A stretch of DNA of 64,000 bases from Eledone cirrhosa (GCA_964016885.1 OZ024745.1:100440001-100504000), one strand, 5' to 3'; positions 15,224 to 27,381 are shown, counted from the stretch's first letter. A program made the numbers and translations. Notes: a model not told the origin generated them from the letters alone.

Positions 15224-16440
15224 GCTGTTGCTGTTGTTGTTGTTGTTGTGGTGGTGGTGGTTGTGTTGTTGTGTTCGGGTTGTCAGAAGAGCCTTTTTTT
15301 TTTTACTCGTTAATTGAGGACAGGCAGCCCTCAGGTGACCCCTGCTTAAGCAGTGGTAACATGACGGCTGCCTTCCCTCCACTGAAATGTTTATATAAGT
15401 TAGCCCGTCCAGAGGCACGCGTTGTGGGATATTCGCTATTCGTTCTGGGCTCATTTGCACCAGAACTTCTACGCTGGTCCCACCAAATACACCTCCGGAG
15501 GACTTTCCTATTGAAATTATCTTGTCTTCATCAAAGTCAATGATTCCACATAGTATCCACCAAATATTTACATTTGGTGTGATACTCATTATTTTTATTC
15601 TTTGTGTCCTTTTTCCTCTGTATGTGGGGAAAAAGGTGAAGCGGGGAGACACAATGGGTGATACCGAGTATTTTTGTGCTGTTGACTGGTTGTTCATTAG
15701 CACCGAAATGCTACCAAACAGTTTACCTTTTTGTATGAAGGTTATGTCCTTCATTGCATCTTTTAGAACCAGCTCAATTTCATTTTGTGATAATTGAGCT
15801 GGTTTTCTTGTTTCGTTCGATATTGTCCTGAAAACCACAGTTTTCAGGACAGCCTCTCTACGTAATTCCTGTGGAGAATTGATGCTAAAAGCACCGTTTT
15901 CGCCAAAAGTCACGAATTGTTTTGCGTCTTGTAGTAGTTGTTTAGCATTTGTTATGTCTATTGGCGAGTATAGTTCGTTTTTTTTTACAGTCTGTGCGAA
16001 TGTTGTTTTGGTGTTGTTGTCTTTTTTGTTGCTGCTGTTGTTGTCACTGTTGGTAATATTGTTCATGTTTTCCTTGGTGTTGCTATTGTTGCAGTTGTTG
16101 GTTTTATTGTCATTGTTCTTGTTGTTGGTGCTGGTATTATTTACCGGGTTTGGTTTCGTGGTTTCAATATTTTCAACGTTTTTCGATAATGCGAGGGGGG
16201 AAGGCTGCAAGCTTTGTACTCCTACCTTCCCTCCACCACTTTTCTTAGTGGGCGTGGCACTCACGACAGTGTGCGAGGTGGAAATGGCATCCATTGCTGA
16301 CTACCAAGTCTACACAGTTTTGAGATGAAAATGAAAATTTTGCCCCAGAAAGGGGCGAAAATTAGTTGACTCAACGTCTGAAGGCCCAGACAAGGGGTTA
16401 AACTAAACAATGCTATTAAATTGAGCAATGAACTCACAGT
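13011..16440 (-). mobile_element. Tx1/L1-clade LINE, internally deleted and lacking its 3' end
   Basis: ORF1 15131-16294 has CYHCLSRGHLRAAC. ORF2 start MANIRVGCVNARSLG (APE) is joined at about 14190 directly to RT (VSAYADDVTV). zf-RVT-like CPRC...HALVHC at about 13030-13075. Confidence 0.92.
15131..16294 (-). CDS. LINE ORF1 (gag-like, CCHC zinc knuckle, Asn-rich low complexity)
   Basis: 387-aa ORF with a CX2CX4HX4C knuckle upstream of the APE start. Probably frameshifted after the (AAC)n tract. Confidence 0.75.
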
Positions 16441-16489
16441 TTTTTTTTACAATAATCCGTAAAAATCCGGAGCGAAGTAATTCACGTCT

Positions 16490-16800
16490 ATATCAAGTGG
16501 TAATTGATATAGAGAGGCGTAATGGAAGAGAGTTCCGTGTAGTATATATAGGGAGGGGGAGAGTTTTGTGGTAATGAATAGATTAAGAGGATTGATAGAG
16601 ATAGGCATTGATAGATATAGAGAGGGGCAAAGTTTGGTAGTGATGGATAGAGTGAGTGAGCGAGAGTGTTGTATTGTAGTTATAGAGGAGGATAGTTTAG
16701 TGGTAATTGATATGGTGAGGAGGTTTGGGAGAGTGTGTTGTATATCAGATAAAGAGAGGGGGATAGTTTGTGTCAATTGATATAGGGAGGGGGATTGGAT
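16490..16800. repeat. Degenerate tandem repeat (GTAATTGATATAGAGAGGG-like units)
   Basis: Recurrent GT(A/C)ATTGATAT(A/G)G and GGATAGTTTG segments. Confidence 0.5.
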
Positions 16801-17832
16801 GTAAGTTCGGTGAGGGATATCGGTAATTGCATAATGTACGTTCGTAAATATGGGATTTCTTGTAATGTTCTTGTAATGTTCGTATATAATGTTTTTTTAG
16901 TCTAAAATAAAATAGCTATTAGGTTCTCTGGCTATTATATCAATATGAATCACTTACAATAAAATTTGGCCGTAGATAGATTAGCAAAATTTAATTAGCG
17001 GTGTCTGTGTGGGGGGGGGGGGTTAAAATGTTTAAGTATTAGAGACTAATTAACCTTTACTATATATGGTTTGTTATTTAACCTGATTGTATTTTCGTTA
17101 TTGTGGTGGCTTCTGTGACTATGTCCCCTAAACACAGTTTTCAATTCGTCACGCTTTTTAACGTATGTTACTTACTCTAAGGTTTAACGTATCGATTTAT
17201 CGATACATTCTTATTGAGTTCTTCGTGCAAATCTGAATTGTTACTTCACGGATATTGGCCGACTGCCATAACTTCGATTTTACTAACCTATATATATAAT
17301 ATGTATGTATGGCAAAACATTAGAGATTTCCCGTTTTTTTCCGTTGTCTTTGTCCTGTGAAATTATATTCTAAAGACTTAGTCATACGAGTTTAAAACTA
17401 TCATATAATTGACATCACACCGCCCGATCAGTCTTCCTTGCTTCATTTCCCCCCGTTTGGGGGCACTTTGTTTCATGGTACTCCCCGTTTGAGTTTGGCT
17501 GGTCTGCAGCGTTTAATGTTCCATGAATCTGAGAAGCATTTGTAATGACAGTTTTTTACCTTGGTATGACTTCTTTAACCATCATCTACAATGTCAGCAC
17601 ATATATTATTTGACACAAAATGTAAACTAATTTCACAACATTAGATTTAGAACTACTCAACCAGGGTTCAACGACATATTAAAATAATCACTGGTAAAAT
17701 AGTTTTTTTGTGAGGTTGTAGCAGATGGATTTATTGTTTACAATGCTAAGCATTAAAACAATGTTACACCATTATTTAAAACAATATTACACCATTATTG
17801 CTACTGCCGATAGTGGGCAGTATTTCTCATTG

Positions 17833-17991
17833 CAGACCTGCTAACCTCTAAAAACCCAAACGAAGAAATGTGCCTCAGAAGAGGGAAAAATGGGGAGATT
17901 TTACATAATGAAAGCTATATCCATTTTTACCAGAGAAGACATCTCTCACCCACCCCAAGCGGGGTGGGTATCTTCCCGTCCGACAGGTCTG
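17833..17991. mobile_element. MITE with CAGACCTG...CAGGTCTG termini (hAT-like)
   Basis: Terminal inverted repeats; body is the reverse complement of 20372-20567; flanks TCATTG/TTATTG. Confidence 0.7.
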
Positions 17992-17999
17992 TTATTGTG

Positions 18000-18850
18000 A
18001 TAATAATGGTTTCTGATTTAGGCACGAGGCCAACAATTTTTTGGGAGGGGCAAGTCGATTAAATCAACCTCAGTGCCTTACTGGTACTTTATTTTAACGA
18101 CCTCATAAGGATGAAAAGCAAAGCTAACCTCGGCGAGATTTGAACTCAGAACCTAAAAGGTCGTAACTCCATACTGCAAAACATGTTGTCCGAAGCTCTA
18201 ACGATACTGCTAATCAACCCCTTCTCCTTGTGATAATAATTGTTTCTACTTTTGGCACAAGGCCAGCAATTATCTCAGTGTATTACTGGTACTTTATTTT
18301 ATCGACCCCGTAAGGATGAAATGCAAAGTTAACCTCAGCGGGATTTGAACTCAGACCATAATGCACCGTAACTCTATGCTACAAGGCATGGTGTCTGACT
18401 CTCTACCGATACTGCCAATCCACCGCCCTCACCTATTTAAATAATTGTTTCTTATATAGGCACAAGGCCAGCAATTTTGGGGGGAGGGTAAAGTCGATTA
18501 AATCGACCCCAGTGCGTGACTGGTACTTTATTTTATCGACCCTGTAAGGATGAAAGGCAAAGTTAACCTCGGCGGGATTTGAACTCAGACCGTAAAGGGG
18601 CGTAACTCTATGCTGAAAAGCATGTTTTCCGATGCTAAACTGATACTGCTAATCCACCACCCTTCTTGTGATAATAATTGTTTCTACTTATGGCACAAGG
18701 CCAGTAATTGTCCAGTGTATTACTGGTACTTTATTTTATCGACCCCGTAAGGATGAAAGGCAACGTTAACCTCAGAGGGATTTAAACTCAGTTCGTAAAG
18801 GGACTAAACCGATACTGCTGATCCACCACCCTTCTTGTGATAATAATGAT
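18000..18850 (-). mobile_element. Tandem array of four family-1 SINEs
   Basis: Four consecutive reverse-complement copies starting near 18003, 18236, 18441 and 18674, alternating long and short subfamilies. Confidence 0.9.
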
Positions 18851-18902
18851 TTCTTTCTTTATTTATTTTTAAAAAGTAGTTGACATTAGCAACGTAAATG
18901 CA

Positions 18903-18951
<49 letters not shown>

Positions 18952-19437
18952 CGTGTGCGTGCGTGTGTGTGTGTGTGTATTATGTATGTATGTAGTAAAT
19001 ATATGTATGTATGTATGGATGGAGAAATACATGGAGGGATGGATGGATAACCGGATGTATACTTGTATGTATGTGTGCGTGAATGTGAGCATGTGCGCGC
19101 GGGTGTACACACAGGTTTGGATGTGTATATATGTATGTATATATCAGTGCATAGACATAGAAGTTGAGGTATGTATGGGGAGTGTATATATAGATAAATA
19201 GAGGGACCGGCGTAAGAGCACACACTTGCACGATAACCAGATGATAACTGATCATAAAACATTAGACAGATGGCAATAAAAAAAAAATGGAAAACAAATG
19301 AAGCACTGTTTTCCACCCAAAATGACAGAACAAAAACAAACACAAACAAACACTGACAGACATGTGAATATATATATATATATATATCTATATATATTTT
19401 GCGAGGTTTTTTATATGAAATCGTGTGTCGAAACAAA

Positions 19438-19778
19438 TATTGTTATACTTGGGGAGGGTCATATTTGTGTAATATTGCCAGACTGAAAAAAAATGGCGTA
19501 GCCATACAATTCAACAGGAGGAAACAATAGCACCACTGTCGATGTTGCAGATGTGCAACGAAAGATTTATGATAAACTATATATATGTGTTTGTGTCTAT
19601 ATTGTATCTGGATTATTTTTGACCGTCGGTCAGTCAATGGCAACATTGAGGACCGAGTAAGTTAGATTACCGATATAAAAGACAGCGAGAAGCGAAAACC
19701 AACCAAACAGTGAGTGTGTTCTGTTATTAATTCTGGCAATATTACACAAATATGGCCCTCCCCAAGTATAACAATATC
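19438..19778 (+). mobile_element. PLE pLTR with an inverted copy of its own 3' end at the 5' side
   Basis: 19495-19775 is nearly identical to the reverse complement of 56165-56450. 19438-19482 is the reverse complement of 19731-19775. The hammerhead core is mutated (CUGUCGA) at 19536. Confidence 0.88.
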
Positions 19779-19985
19779 TATCTATATATATATATATATA
19801 TGACGGACAGTCCTGTCTTCTTGCTCTAATTTTATTCATATATATATATATATATATACATCGCACCACCAACTACACAAACGAAGATGGGTGAACTGCA
19901 CTGTGTTGAGTACTCTTCACAATATTACACCAGGATTGACCATACGGAATGACTAGTTCTATCCAGTGGTGAACCAACAAACCAT

Positions 19986-20045
<60 letters not shown>

Positions 20046-20371
20046 TACATATATACTTATAGAGATTTTTGTCAATTCATCGGATGACAGTACACATGAT
20101 AACTGAAATGGCAAGTCTAATTAGAAGGAAGGCCAATTGTTCGATAGTCTAATTAAATACATAATAAATATATATGCACAACACGGCATATATTAGATTA
20201 TATAAAATTAATGATTGTCATATCTACATTAAATTTATCTTAGACCTTCAAACACATGTTCTATTTTGCATATTAATTTATTAATTTAATTACGTCCCAG
20301 GCGAATGCATGTCCTGTAAATTTGACTGGCAGTTTCTGTAATAAATATCAGACCTATACCTATACGCTATA

Positions 20372-20567
20372 CAGACCTGTTAACTCTCTCTGTCTAACGG
20401 GGAGATCTCCTACCCACTTTGGGGTGGGTGGGATATGTCTTCTCTTGTGAAATGGGGTATAGCTTTCATTATGTGAAATCTACCCATTTTGCTTCATTTT
20501 CCCCCGTTCTGCAGAAACCTTGTTCCATGGTATTCCCCGTTCGGGTTTTTAGAGGTTGGCAGGTTTG
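20372..20567. mobile_element. MITE with CAGACCTGTTAAC...GTTGGCAGGTTTG termini (hAT-like)
   Basis: TIRs; flanks GCTATA/GCTACA; partial copies near 7960-8048, 8965-9010 and 17435-17505. Confidence 0.72.
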
Positions 20568-20710
20568 GCTACAAGCTCATGCAGGAAGAATCATCGAGAT
20601 GGCTGGCTTCTGGTGAAGCGATAAATATCGCTGAAACATAAAATCATTTTCATGTTTTCTCTTCTAATCCATATTGTGTTGCATATGAATATTTAATATT
20701 TAATACACAC

Positions 20711-20788
<78 letters not shown>

Positions 20789-20948
20789 GTTCGCGCACAC
20801 ACACACACGCACGTAAAGATATACACACACACATACACACATGCACATATACACACATACACATGTATATATATGCAGGGTGATTAAAAAAACTGGCCGC
20901 ATTTTATTTTTGGCTACATCATATGTTTTCTAATATTATAACATAATA

Positions 20949-21345
20949 GGGCGGTGGATTGGCAGTGTCAGTAGAGGGTCGGACGCCATGCTTTGTCGCA
21001 TAGAGTTACGTCCCTTTACGATCTGAGTTCAAATCCCGCCGAGGTTAACTTTGCCTTCCATCCTTACGGGGTCGATAAAATAAAGTACCAATAATGTACT
21101 GGGTAATTGCTGGCCTTGTGCCAAATGTAGAAACAATTATAACATAATACTAGGGCGGTGGATTGGCTGTATCGGTAGAGCGTCAGACAACATGCTTGGC
21201 AGCATAGAGTTATGACCCTTTATGTCCTGAGTTCAAATCTTGCCAATGTTAACTTTGCCTTTCATCCTTACAGTGTCGATAAAATAAAGTACCAGTAATG
21301 TACTGGGGTGATTTCTGGCCTTGTGCCAAGAGTAGAAACAATTAT
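20949..21345 (+). mobile_element. Two tandem family-1 SINEs
   Basis: Copies at about 20949-21140 and 21151-21345. TATAACA(TA)ATA-like sequence recurs at all three junctions. Confidence 0.9.
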
Positions 21346-21374
21346 AACACATATTCAAAATAACATCAAAAATT

Positions 21375-21578
21375 CATTTGGGGGAAAAGAACTTAATAAA
21401 TTTGATTGATTTATATTAAAATCGAATAAAGCGTTTATTTTATGTTTCATCTGTGTTTATATATTGAAAATATTTTCCTTTCTCATAATATTTCTAAGTA
21501 TATTAGGCCTTATACTTGAGTCTTTGGGGCATACAATCAAGATTTGCCCCGGGCATCATATGACCTCTGGACGCCGCT
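21375..21578. mobile_element. Partial copy of the hAT MITE at 50733-50984
   Basis: Shared AAAAGAACTTAATAAATTTGATTGATTTATATTAAAATCG body and CTCTGGACGCCGCTG end. Confidence 0.75.
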
Positions 21579-22025
21579 GGCCTCAGGGCTTGGGACAGCT
21601 GTTAATTAAAACAAATATATAAATTACCGTGGTTAATATCAGTTGGACCTTTAGTTTGCTGGCCCTGGTTTTAACCGATCCAATATACATTTGTACGTAT
21701 GTCTTGCAACTGTTTTAATAAACTTAAAACGGTTTTAATTATTAATTAGATTATAGTGTACTAGATTTGACCTGGATAACACAGCTGCATGATATAGGTT
21801 TGAAACTTTCATATCTAGAATTCCTTTGAAATTTGAAAAAACAACATAATTACTGGATTTAATTAGAGTTTAATTAAAGTTAAACCTTAATTAATTCTAA
21901 CAAATGCGTACCATAATCAGGATTTTCCTCAGCAGTGTTTGATATCATAATACTTTTAGGTTTTATTCCAAAAGTATTTATGCGAACTGTTCTAAAGTCA
22001 AACAAATATTTAGCAGTGCTAAATT

Positions 22026-22219
<194 letters not shown>

Positions 22220-22274
22220 ATATAGAAATGGCTTCTACAGGACTAGAACTGTTTCATTCGGGAGAAATCATCAG

Positions 22275-22325
22275 GGCTTCCTGATGATTTCTCCCGAATG
22301 AAACAATTCTAGTCCTGTAGAAGAC
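22275..22325 (+). ncRNA. Type I hammerhead ribozyme, family A, inside a fold-back (22220-22334)
   Basis: GGCUUC CUGAUGA uUUC uccc GAAu GAAA CAauucuagucCUG UA GAAGAC. The mirror arm reads ...GAAACAG...CUGUA GAAGCC. Confidence 0.8.
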
Positions 22326-22417
22326 ATTTCTATATATTAAATATTTATACTCTGCTATGTATTGAGTACCTTACTTACTGTGGTTACCTCCAATTGAACC
22401 CGGGATAAACTTATATA

Positions 22418-22494
<77 letters not shown>

Positions 22495-22861
22495 ATAAAA
22501 TACAAATATTAATAAAATAGATGTTCTTTTGATCAATTCAATTTTATTATGCATATTTCGGAGGTACAACAGTACATCCTCATCAGACAAAATATAATGA
22601 TACATGACATACCCTGAGATGTTAAATGGTTAAGATTTAATCAAGGTAGTGATTAACCCAAGAGAAAACTCAACATTTATACCCTAATAATGAGAAAATG
22701 CGAAAACGTAATAAATTCAATAGAGAATGTGTGAGTAAGAAAAACGTTGGTTAATGTGACAGCTATAGAGATTTTAAAATGTAGGATACTACAAGTTATG
22801 GTTATCTAGGAAAACATCTCATGAATTATAACTGTCCATGAGGGCCGCTGAAAGAGGATTT

Positions 22862-23179
22862 AAAGAGAGGTAAAGATAAAGGGGAGTAATATATCCAGAA
22901 AGAGATTGTTTTCCCCACAAGCTAAACGGTTAAGTTTCAAAATATTTAATTTATGTTATTTTAAGGGTGCAGAATCAAGATTTTAGTTGTTTTTTTTTAA
23001 AGTTGCTGGTTATGTATAATAGTTAAAATAACCAGCAACTTTTAAAAAAAGCCTAAAATCTTGATTCTTCAGCCTTAAAATAACATAAATTAAATATTTT
23101 GAAACTTAACTGTTTAGCTTGTGGGGAGAAAAAATCTCTTTCTGCATATATTACTCTCCCTTATCTTTCCCTCTCTTTG
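22862..23179. repeat. Diverged inverted repeat, arms of about 150 bp
   Basis: TTCCCCACAAGCTAAACGGTTAAGTTTCAAAATATTTAATTTATG mirrors CATAAATTAAATATTTTGAAACTTAACTGTTTAGCTTGTGGGGA; loop at about 23015-23027. Confidence 0.9.
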
Positions 23180-23249
23180 TGTGTCACATTTTGTGTGTCA
23201 CTTTGTGTGTCACATTTTGTGTGTCACTTTGTGTGTCACATTTTGTGTG

Positions 23250-23580
23250 ACACACAAAAACAAGATGGCGTAGGACAGAACAAAGGAGAGGCACAAAACA
23301 AAGAAAAGAATCCCCAATCACTGAAGAGGTCACATAATGTGTGACGAAAAAACTTTGACAATATATGAACAACCGTCCGGTTCTGGAACCAACCAACCAA
23401 CCGGAAATTTATAAATTTTTTTGAAAAACAAATTTTTTAAAGAAATAAAAAAAAAAAAAAAAATTTATAATAAATTGGAGTGAAACAACTGGTGCGTGTG
23501 TTTCTTGTTGGCAACATGACCCTCCCAAAGTATAACAATATCGATTTCAACACACGTTTTCAGATAAAGAATCTTGCTAA
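23250..23580 (+). mobile_element. PLE pLTR (same family as the 3' end of 9090-10155)
   Basis: Shared AAAACAAGATGG.GTAGGACAGAAC, CTGAAGAGGTCAC..GTGACGAAA and ATGACCCTCCCAA. Confidence 0.8.
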
Positions 23581-23613
23581 ACAAATTCAGAAACGAAATA
23601 TATATATATATAT

Positions 23614-23997
23614 ATAAATTAATAAAATAATGAATAAAAACAAAGAAACAGTTCCTTATATTAAAAAATTCATCATTTTACGATCGTTTCTAGGATATAT
23701 ATGTTTGTGTTGGTATGTATATCATATAGATCTATGTAAAATGTTTACAAACTATCAGGGGGAATATACATACCTACACATATATATGCTGTCTTCAGAA
23801 ATAACGTTATTTCTGAAGACGGCATATATATGTGTAGGTATGTATATTCCCCCTGATAGTTTGTAAACATTTTACATAGATCTATATGATATACATACCA
23901 ACACAAACATATATATCCTAGAAACGATCGTAAAATGATGAATTTTTTAATATAAGGAACTGTTTCTTTGTTTTTATTCATTATTTTATTAATTTAT
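23614..23997. repeat. 384-bp near-perfect spacerless palindrome (centre 23805/23806)
   Basis: The ORF track gives the same 78-aa translation on both strands with one substitution. Centre ATAAC|GTTAT. Confidence 0.98.
23807..23938 (+). ncRNA. Type I hammerhead ribozyme with a stem II of about 100 nt
   Basis: UUAUUU CUGAAGA [GGCAUAUAUAUG..GGUAUGUAUAU...AUAUACAUACC..CAUAUAUAUCC] GAAA CGAUCG UA AAAUGA. A mirror copy lies on the minus strand. Confidence 0.75.
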
Positions 23998-24153
23998 CTT
24001 GACTCTGTTTTCCTGTACTTTTCATCGGAAAAAAATTTTTGAATACATCTTTTCTTTTCATGATATTCGGATTACATTGAGTTCTTCATACGGATTAGAC
24101 ACTACCGTACATTTTGGTAGATTTATCTATATATATATATATATATATATATA

Positions 24154-25177
24154 CTAGCAGTAAAGCCCGGCGTTGCTCGGGGTCGCTCAGTAGCTGTGTT
24201 AAAGTTACAATGTTAAGTTTCTTTTTTGGCTTAAAAACTGTAGTGTCTACTGTGCAGACTTGCATGTGGTGTTTTTGATTAATATTCCCTCAACCAACAA
24301 TATGCCTTATGAAGTTAAGAAAACATAACGATAACCCGAATGTTATAACAAAAGAGGATGCTGGGGATAAAAACTGCACTGGTTATTTATTAACAAAGAT
24401 CGAAAATGTAAACACTGCAACGCAGAGAAAAACATTAGCGTAACCAAATTATCAGTTATGTCTGTCTGCACGCCTATATCACCTCTCTGCACGACTGTCT
24501 GTCTGCACGCCTATATCACCTCTTTGCACGACTGTCTGTCTGCACGCCTATATCACCTCTCTGCACGACTGTCTGTCTGCACGACTGTCTGTCTGCACGC
24601 CTAACGAAATTTACAGATACATATATTTTAAATAAACTTATATAATTTTTGCTTTTTTTTTACGAAATATTTGCTTGTTTTACGTAGTCTTTAAATAGAC
24701 TTGTTTTCAAGTAAAAATATTGTTTTAAAAGGCTTTTAAATGGAAATGAAGCAAAACGGAAGTTTAGTGTTCGAACTGATGAATTTTGCAGGTCAAAATT
24801 TTGCTGGCTCGACAACTGTTCGTGTATTGTGTTAATGTCATTTTAAACGCTGAGAAAGCCAGCGTAATTTTTTTAATTTTTGCCAGCGTAATTTTTTTAA
24901 TTTTTGCACGCAGAAAATGTAAAGAGAACGTAAGACGCTACGCTGAATGTAAACAGAACAAAGGGAAATAACTGATCACTTACGCTCAAAAATCGATACA
25001 TTATATTCGATTTCGTCAGATAGGGCGGGTCAATTTGAAATATTTTTTTCCGATGTCTTCGCTAGGGCTCAATGTACAAGTATAGCAATTTCGGTGCAAT
25101 TCCGTGAGAGATTCTAAGAGGAGATGTGTGCCAAAAATCGATAGACAGACAGACAACCTCAGTTTTATATATATAGA
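24154..25177 (-). mobile_element. Non-autonomous Helitron
   Basis: Minus strand starts A|TCTATATATATAAAACTGAGG and ends with hairpin CCCGAGCAACGCCGGG then CTAG|T. No TSD. Internal tandem repeat of about 37 bp at 24458-24603. Confidence 0.88.
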
Positions 25178-25400
25178 TAGGAACAAGTAGGACCCCGACG
25201 GCTGAGCTCAAGCCGTTTCGACGGCTAATTTTGGACTAAACATATTTTTAGATTTTTTTAGTCCAGAATTAGCCGTCGAAACGGCTTGAGCTCAGCCGTC
25301 GGGGTCCTACTTGTTCCTATTACCCACTCTACTACCCTAAGTATTGAGTACTCTGGTGCGTTATGGTCCATCTGGTTCCTTACCACATTTCCTTCGTTAT
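25178..25400 (+). mobile_element. Family C hammerhead-half element with 5' fold-back
   Basis: GAAACGGC UUGAGCUCA GCCGUC GGGGUCC (stem III, GUC, stem I 3' strand). 25178-25240 is an inverted copy of 25257-25319. Confidence 0.8.
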
Positions 25401-25476
25401 ATATATATTATCCCTATCTGGCTCCCTCGGTTGAGCACTTTTTAGACTTTCACATTTATTATTACAATATATATAC

Positions 25477-25562
<86 letters not shown>

Positions 25563-25567
<5 letters not shown>

Positions 25568-25739
25568 GAAAGTGAACAACACAAAATATAACCACTACAT
25601 TACCAATGGTTTCTGGATCCCAGACAATATTAATATACGTCTGACAGAGATGTTATATTTCTTCATTGTACTTTGTTGTTTACTTTATTATTCCTGTTTG
25701 CCTTTTTCCTTTTAAACACATACATAGACACGCACAAAG

Positions 25740-25830
<91 letters not shown>

Positions 25831-25940
25831 CTTATCATCTCTGTCTGATGACCTATCCAGACGAATATTAATATTGTCTGGGATCCAGAAACGTTTGGTA
25901 ATGAAGTGGTTATATTTTGTGTTGTTTACTTTCTAATTAA
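25563..25940. repeat. Inverted repeat around (CA)n, with CTGATGA...GAAAC in the right arm
   Basis: 25563-25651 mirrors about 25836-25940. The hammerhead stem I is not convincing. Confidence 0.8.
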
Positions 25941-25999
25941 ATAGTTCTGTTCTATACATAGAGCACCCTTTTTTCCTTTGCCTTTTCTTCGGAATTACT

Positions 26000-26156
<157 letters not shown>

Positions 26157-26212
26157 TACACACACACATATATATATAATACTAATTAATAGTTAATTAG
26201 TTAATACTTAAA

Positions 26213-26644
26213 TGAAAGAAATCTGTCAGGAGAAGCAATATTATGTATTAAAATTAAATGAGAAAAAACTCTAATTCTGGGAGTAGAAACAAAATAAACA
26301 AAAATACTATTCTATCTAACTTCGCTTATAGGAAAAGAGTCCGGACCCCGACGGCTGAGCTCCGGCCGTTTCGACAGCTAGATCCGAACTAGCTGTCGAA
26401 ACGGCCGGAGCTCAGCCGTCGGGGTCCTGACTCTTTTCCTATTATCCACTCTACTACACAAAATATCGAGTACTCTGGTGTGTTATGGTCCACCTGGTTC
26501 CTTACCACACTTTCTTTGTAACTTCGCTTATATATAGATCCCCCTCCCTACGTTTTTGTTTATCTTCTTTCTAATCCCAGAATTAGAGTTTTTTCTCATT
26601 TAATTTAAATATATAATATTGCTTCTCTAAGAGATTTCTTTCAT
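26213..26644. repeat. Inverted repeat (arms of about 90 bp) hosting a family C insertion
   Basis: ATTAAATGAGAAAAAACTCTAATTCTGGGA mirrors TCCCAGAATTAGAGTTTTTTCTCATTTAAT. Confidence 0.88.
26331..26518 (+). mobile_element. Family C element with fold-back and 14-bp flanking direct repeat
   Basis: TAACTTCGCTTATA at 26317-26330 and 26519-26532. Internal palindrome 26327-26442 centred on GACAGCTAG atccgaa CTAGCTGTC. Confidence 0.82.
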
Positions 26645-26775
26645 TATGATGTTTAAATATTAGAGACTAATTAACCCTTAATTAATATTAAATTCAACCT
26701 TAATTTGTCCAGCTGTACCAGACGGTCTATCGGCTGCTATTTATAGCGACATTATAAACCTGTGTTATAATGGCA

Positions 26776-27200
26776 CCCTGTGGTGGATTGGCAGTATCGG
26801 TAGATGGTCAGACGCCATGCTTTGCAGCATAGAGTTATACACCTTACAGTCTGAGTTCAAATCCCACCGAGGTCAACTTTGCCTTTCATCCTTACGGGGT
26901 TGATAAAATAAAGCACCAGTAAAACACTGGTGTCGATTTAATCGACTTTCCCCTCCCCCAAAAGTTGCTGGCCATATGCCTATAGTAGAAATCATTATTT
27001 CACCCTGTGATGGATTGGCAGTATCGGTAGACGGTCGGACGCCATGCTTTGCAGCACAGAGTTACACATCATTACGGTATGAGTTCAAATCCCACCGAGG
27101 TTAACTTTGCCTTTCATCCTTAAGAGGTCGATAAAATAAAGCACCAGTAATGAACTTGGATAATTGCTGGCCTTGTGCCAAAAGTAGAAACAATTATTTC
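26776..27200 (+). mobile_element. Two tandem family-1 SINEs
   Basis: Long then short subfamily copies. CACCCTGT at about 26775, 27001 and 27200. Confidence 0.9.
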
Positions 27201-27273
27201 ACCCTGTTATTTCGGCTTTGGAAACAGTATGTGTTAAATCTTGTTCCATTTCTCTTAGACTTGAGGAATTAAA

Positions 27274-27355
27274 CTCCTCTGAAAAGTGTGGCTCATTCTT
27301 GAATTATTGGAGGTTTCAATAATAATTATTCCCCATATGAAACCATGGTAGGGAG
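27274..27355 (+). ncRNA. Hammerhead motif with degenerate core
   Basis: CUCCU CUGAAAA [GUGUGG...CCAUAU] GAAA CCAUGG UA GGGAG. Core G8 appears mutated to A. Confidence 0.6.
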
Positions 27356-27381
27356 ATCTATATATAAGCGAAGTTTGATAG

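Noticed and set aside
23630-23981. Twin 78-aa ORFs on opposite strands
   Set aside because: A by-product of the palindrome; no protein motif.
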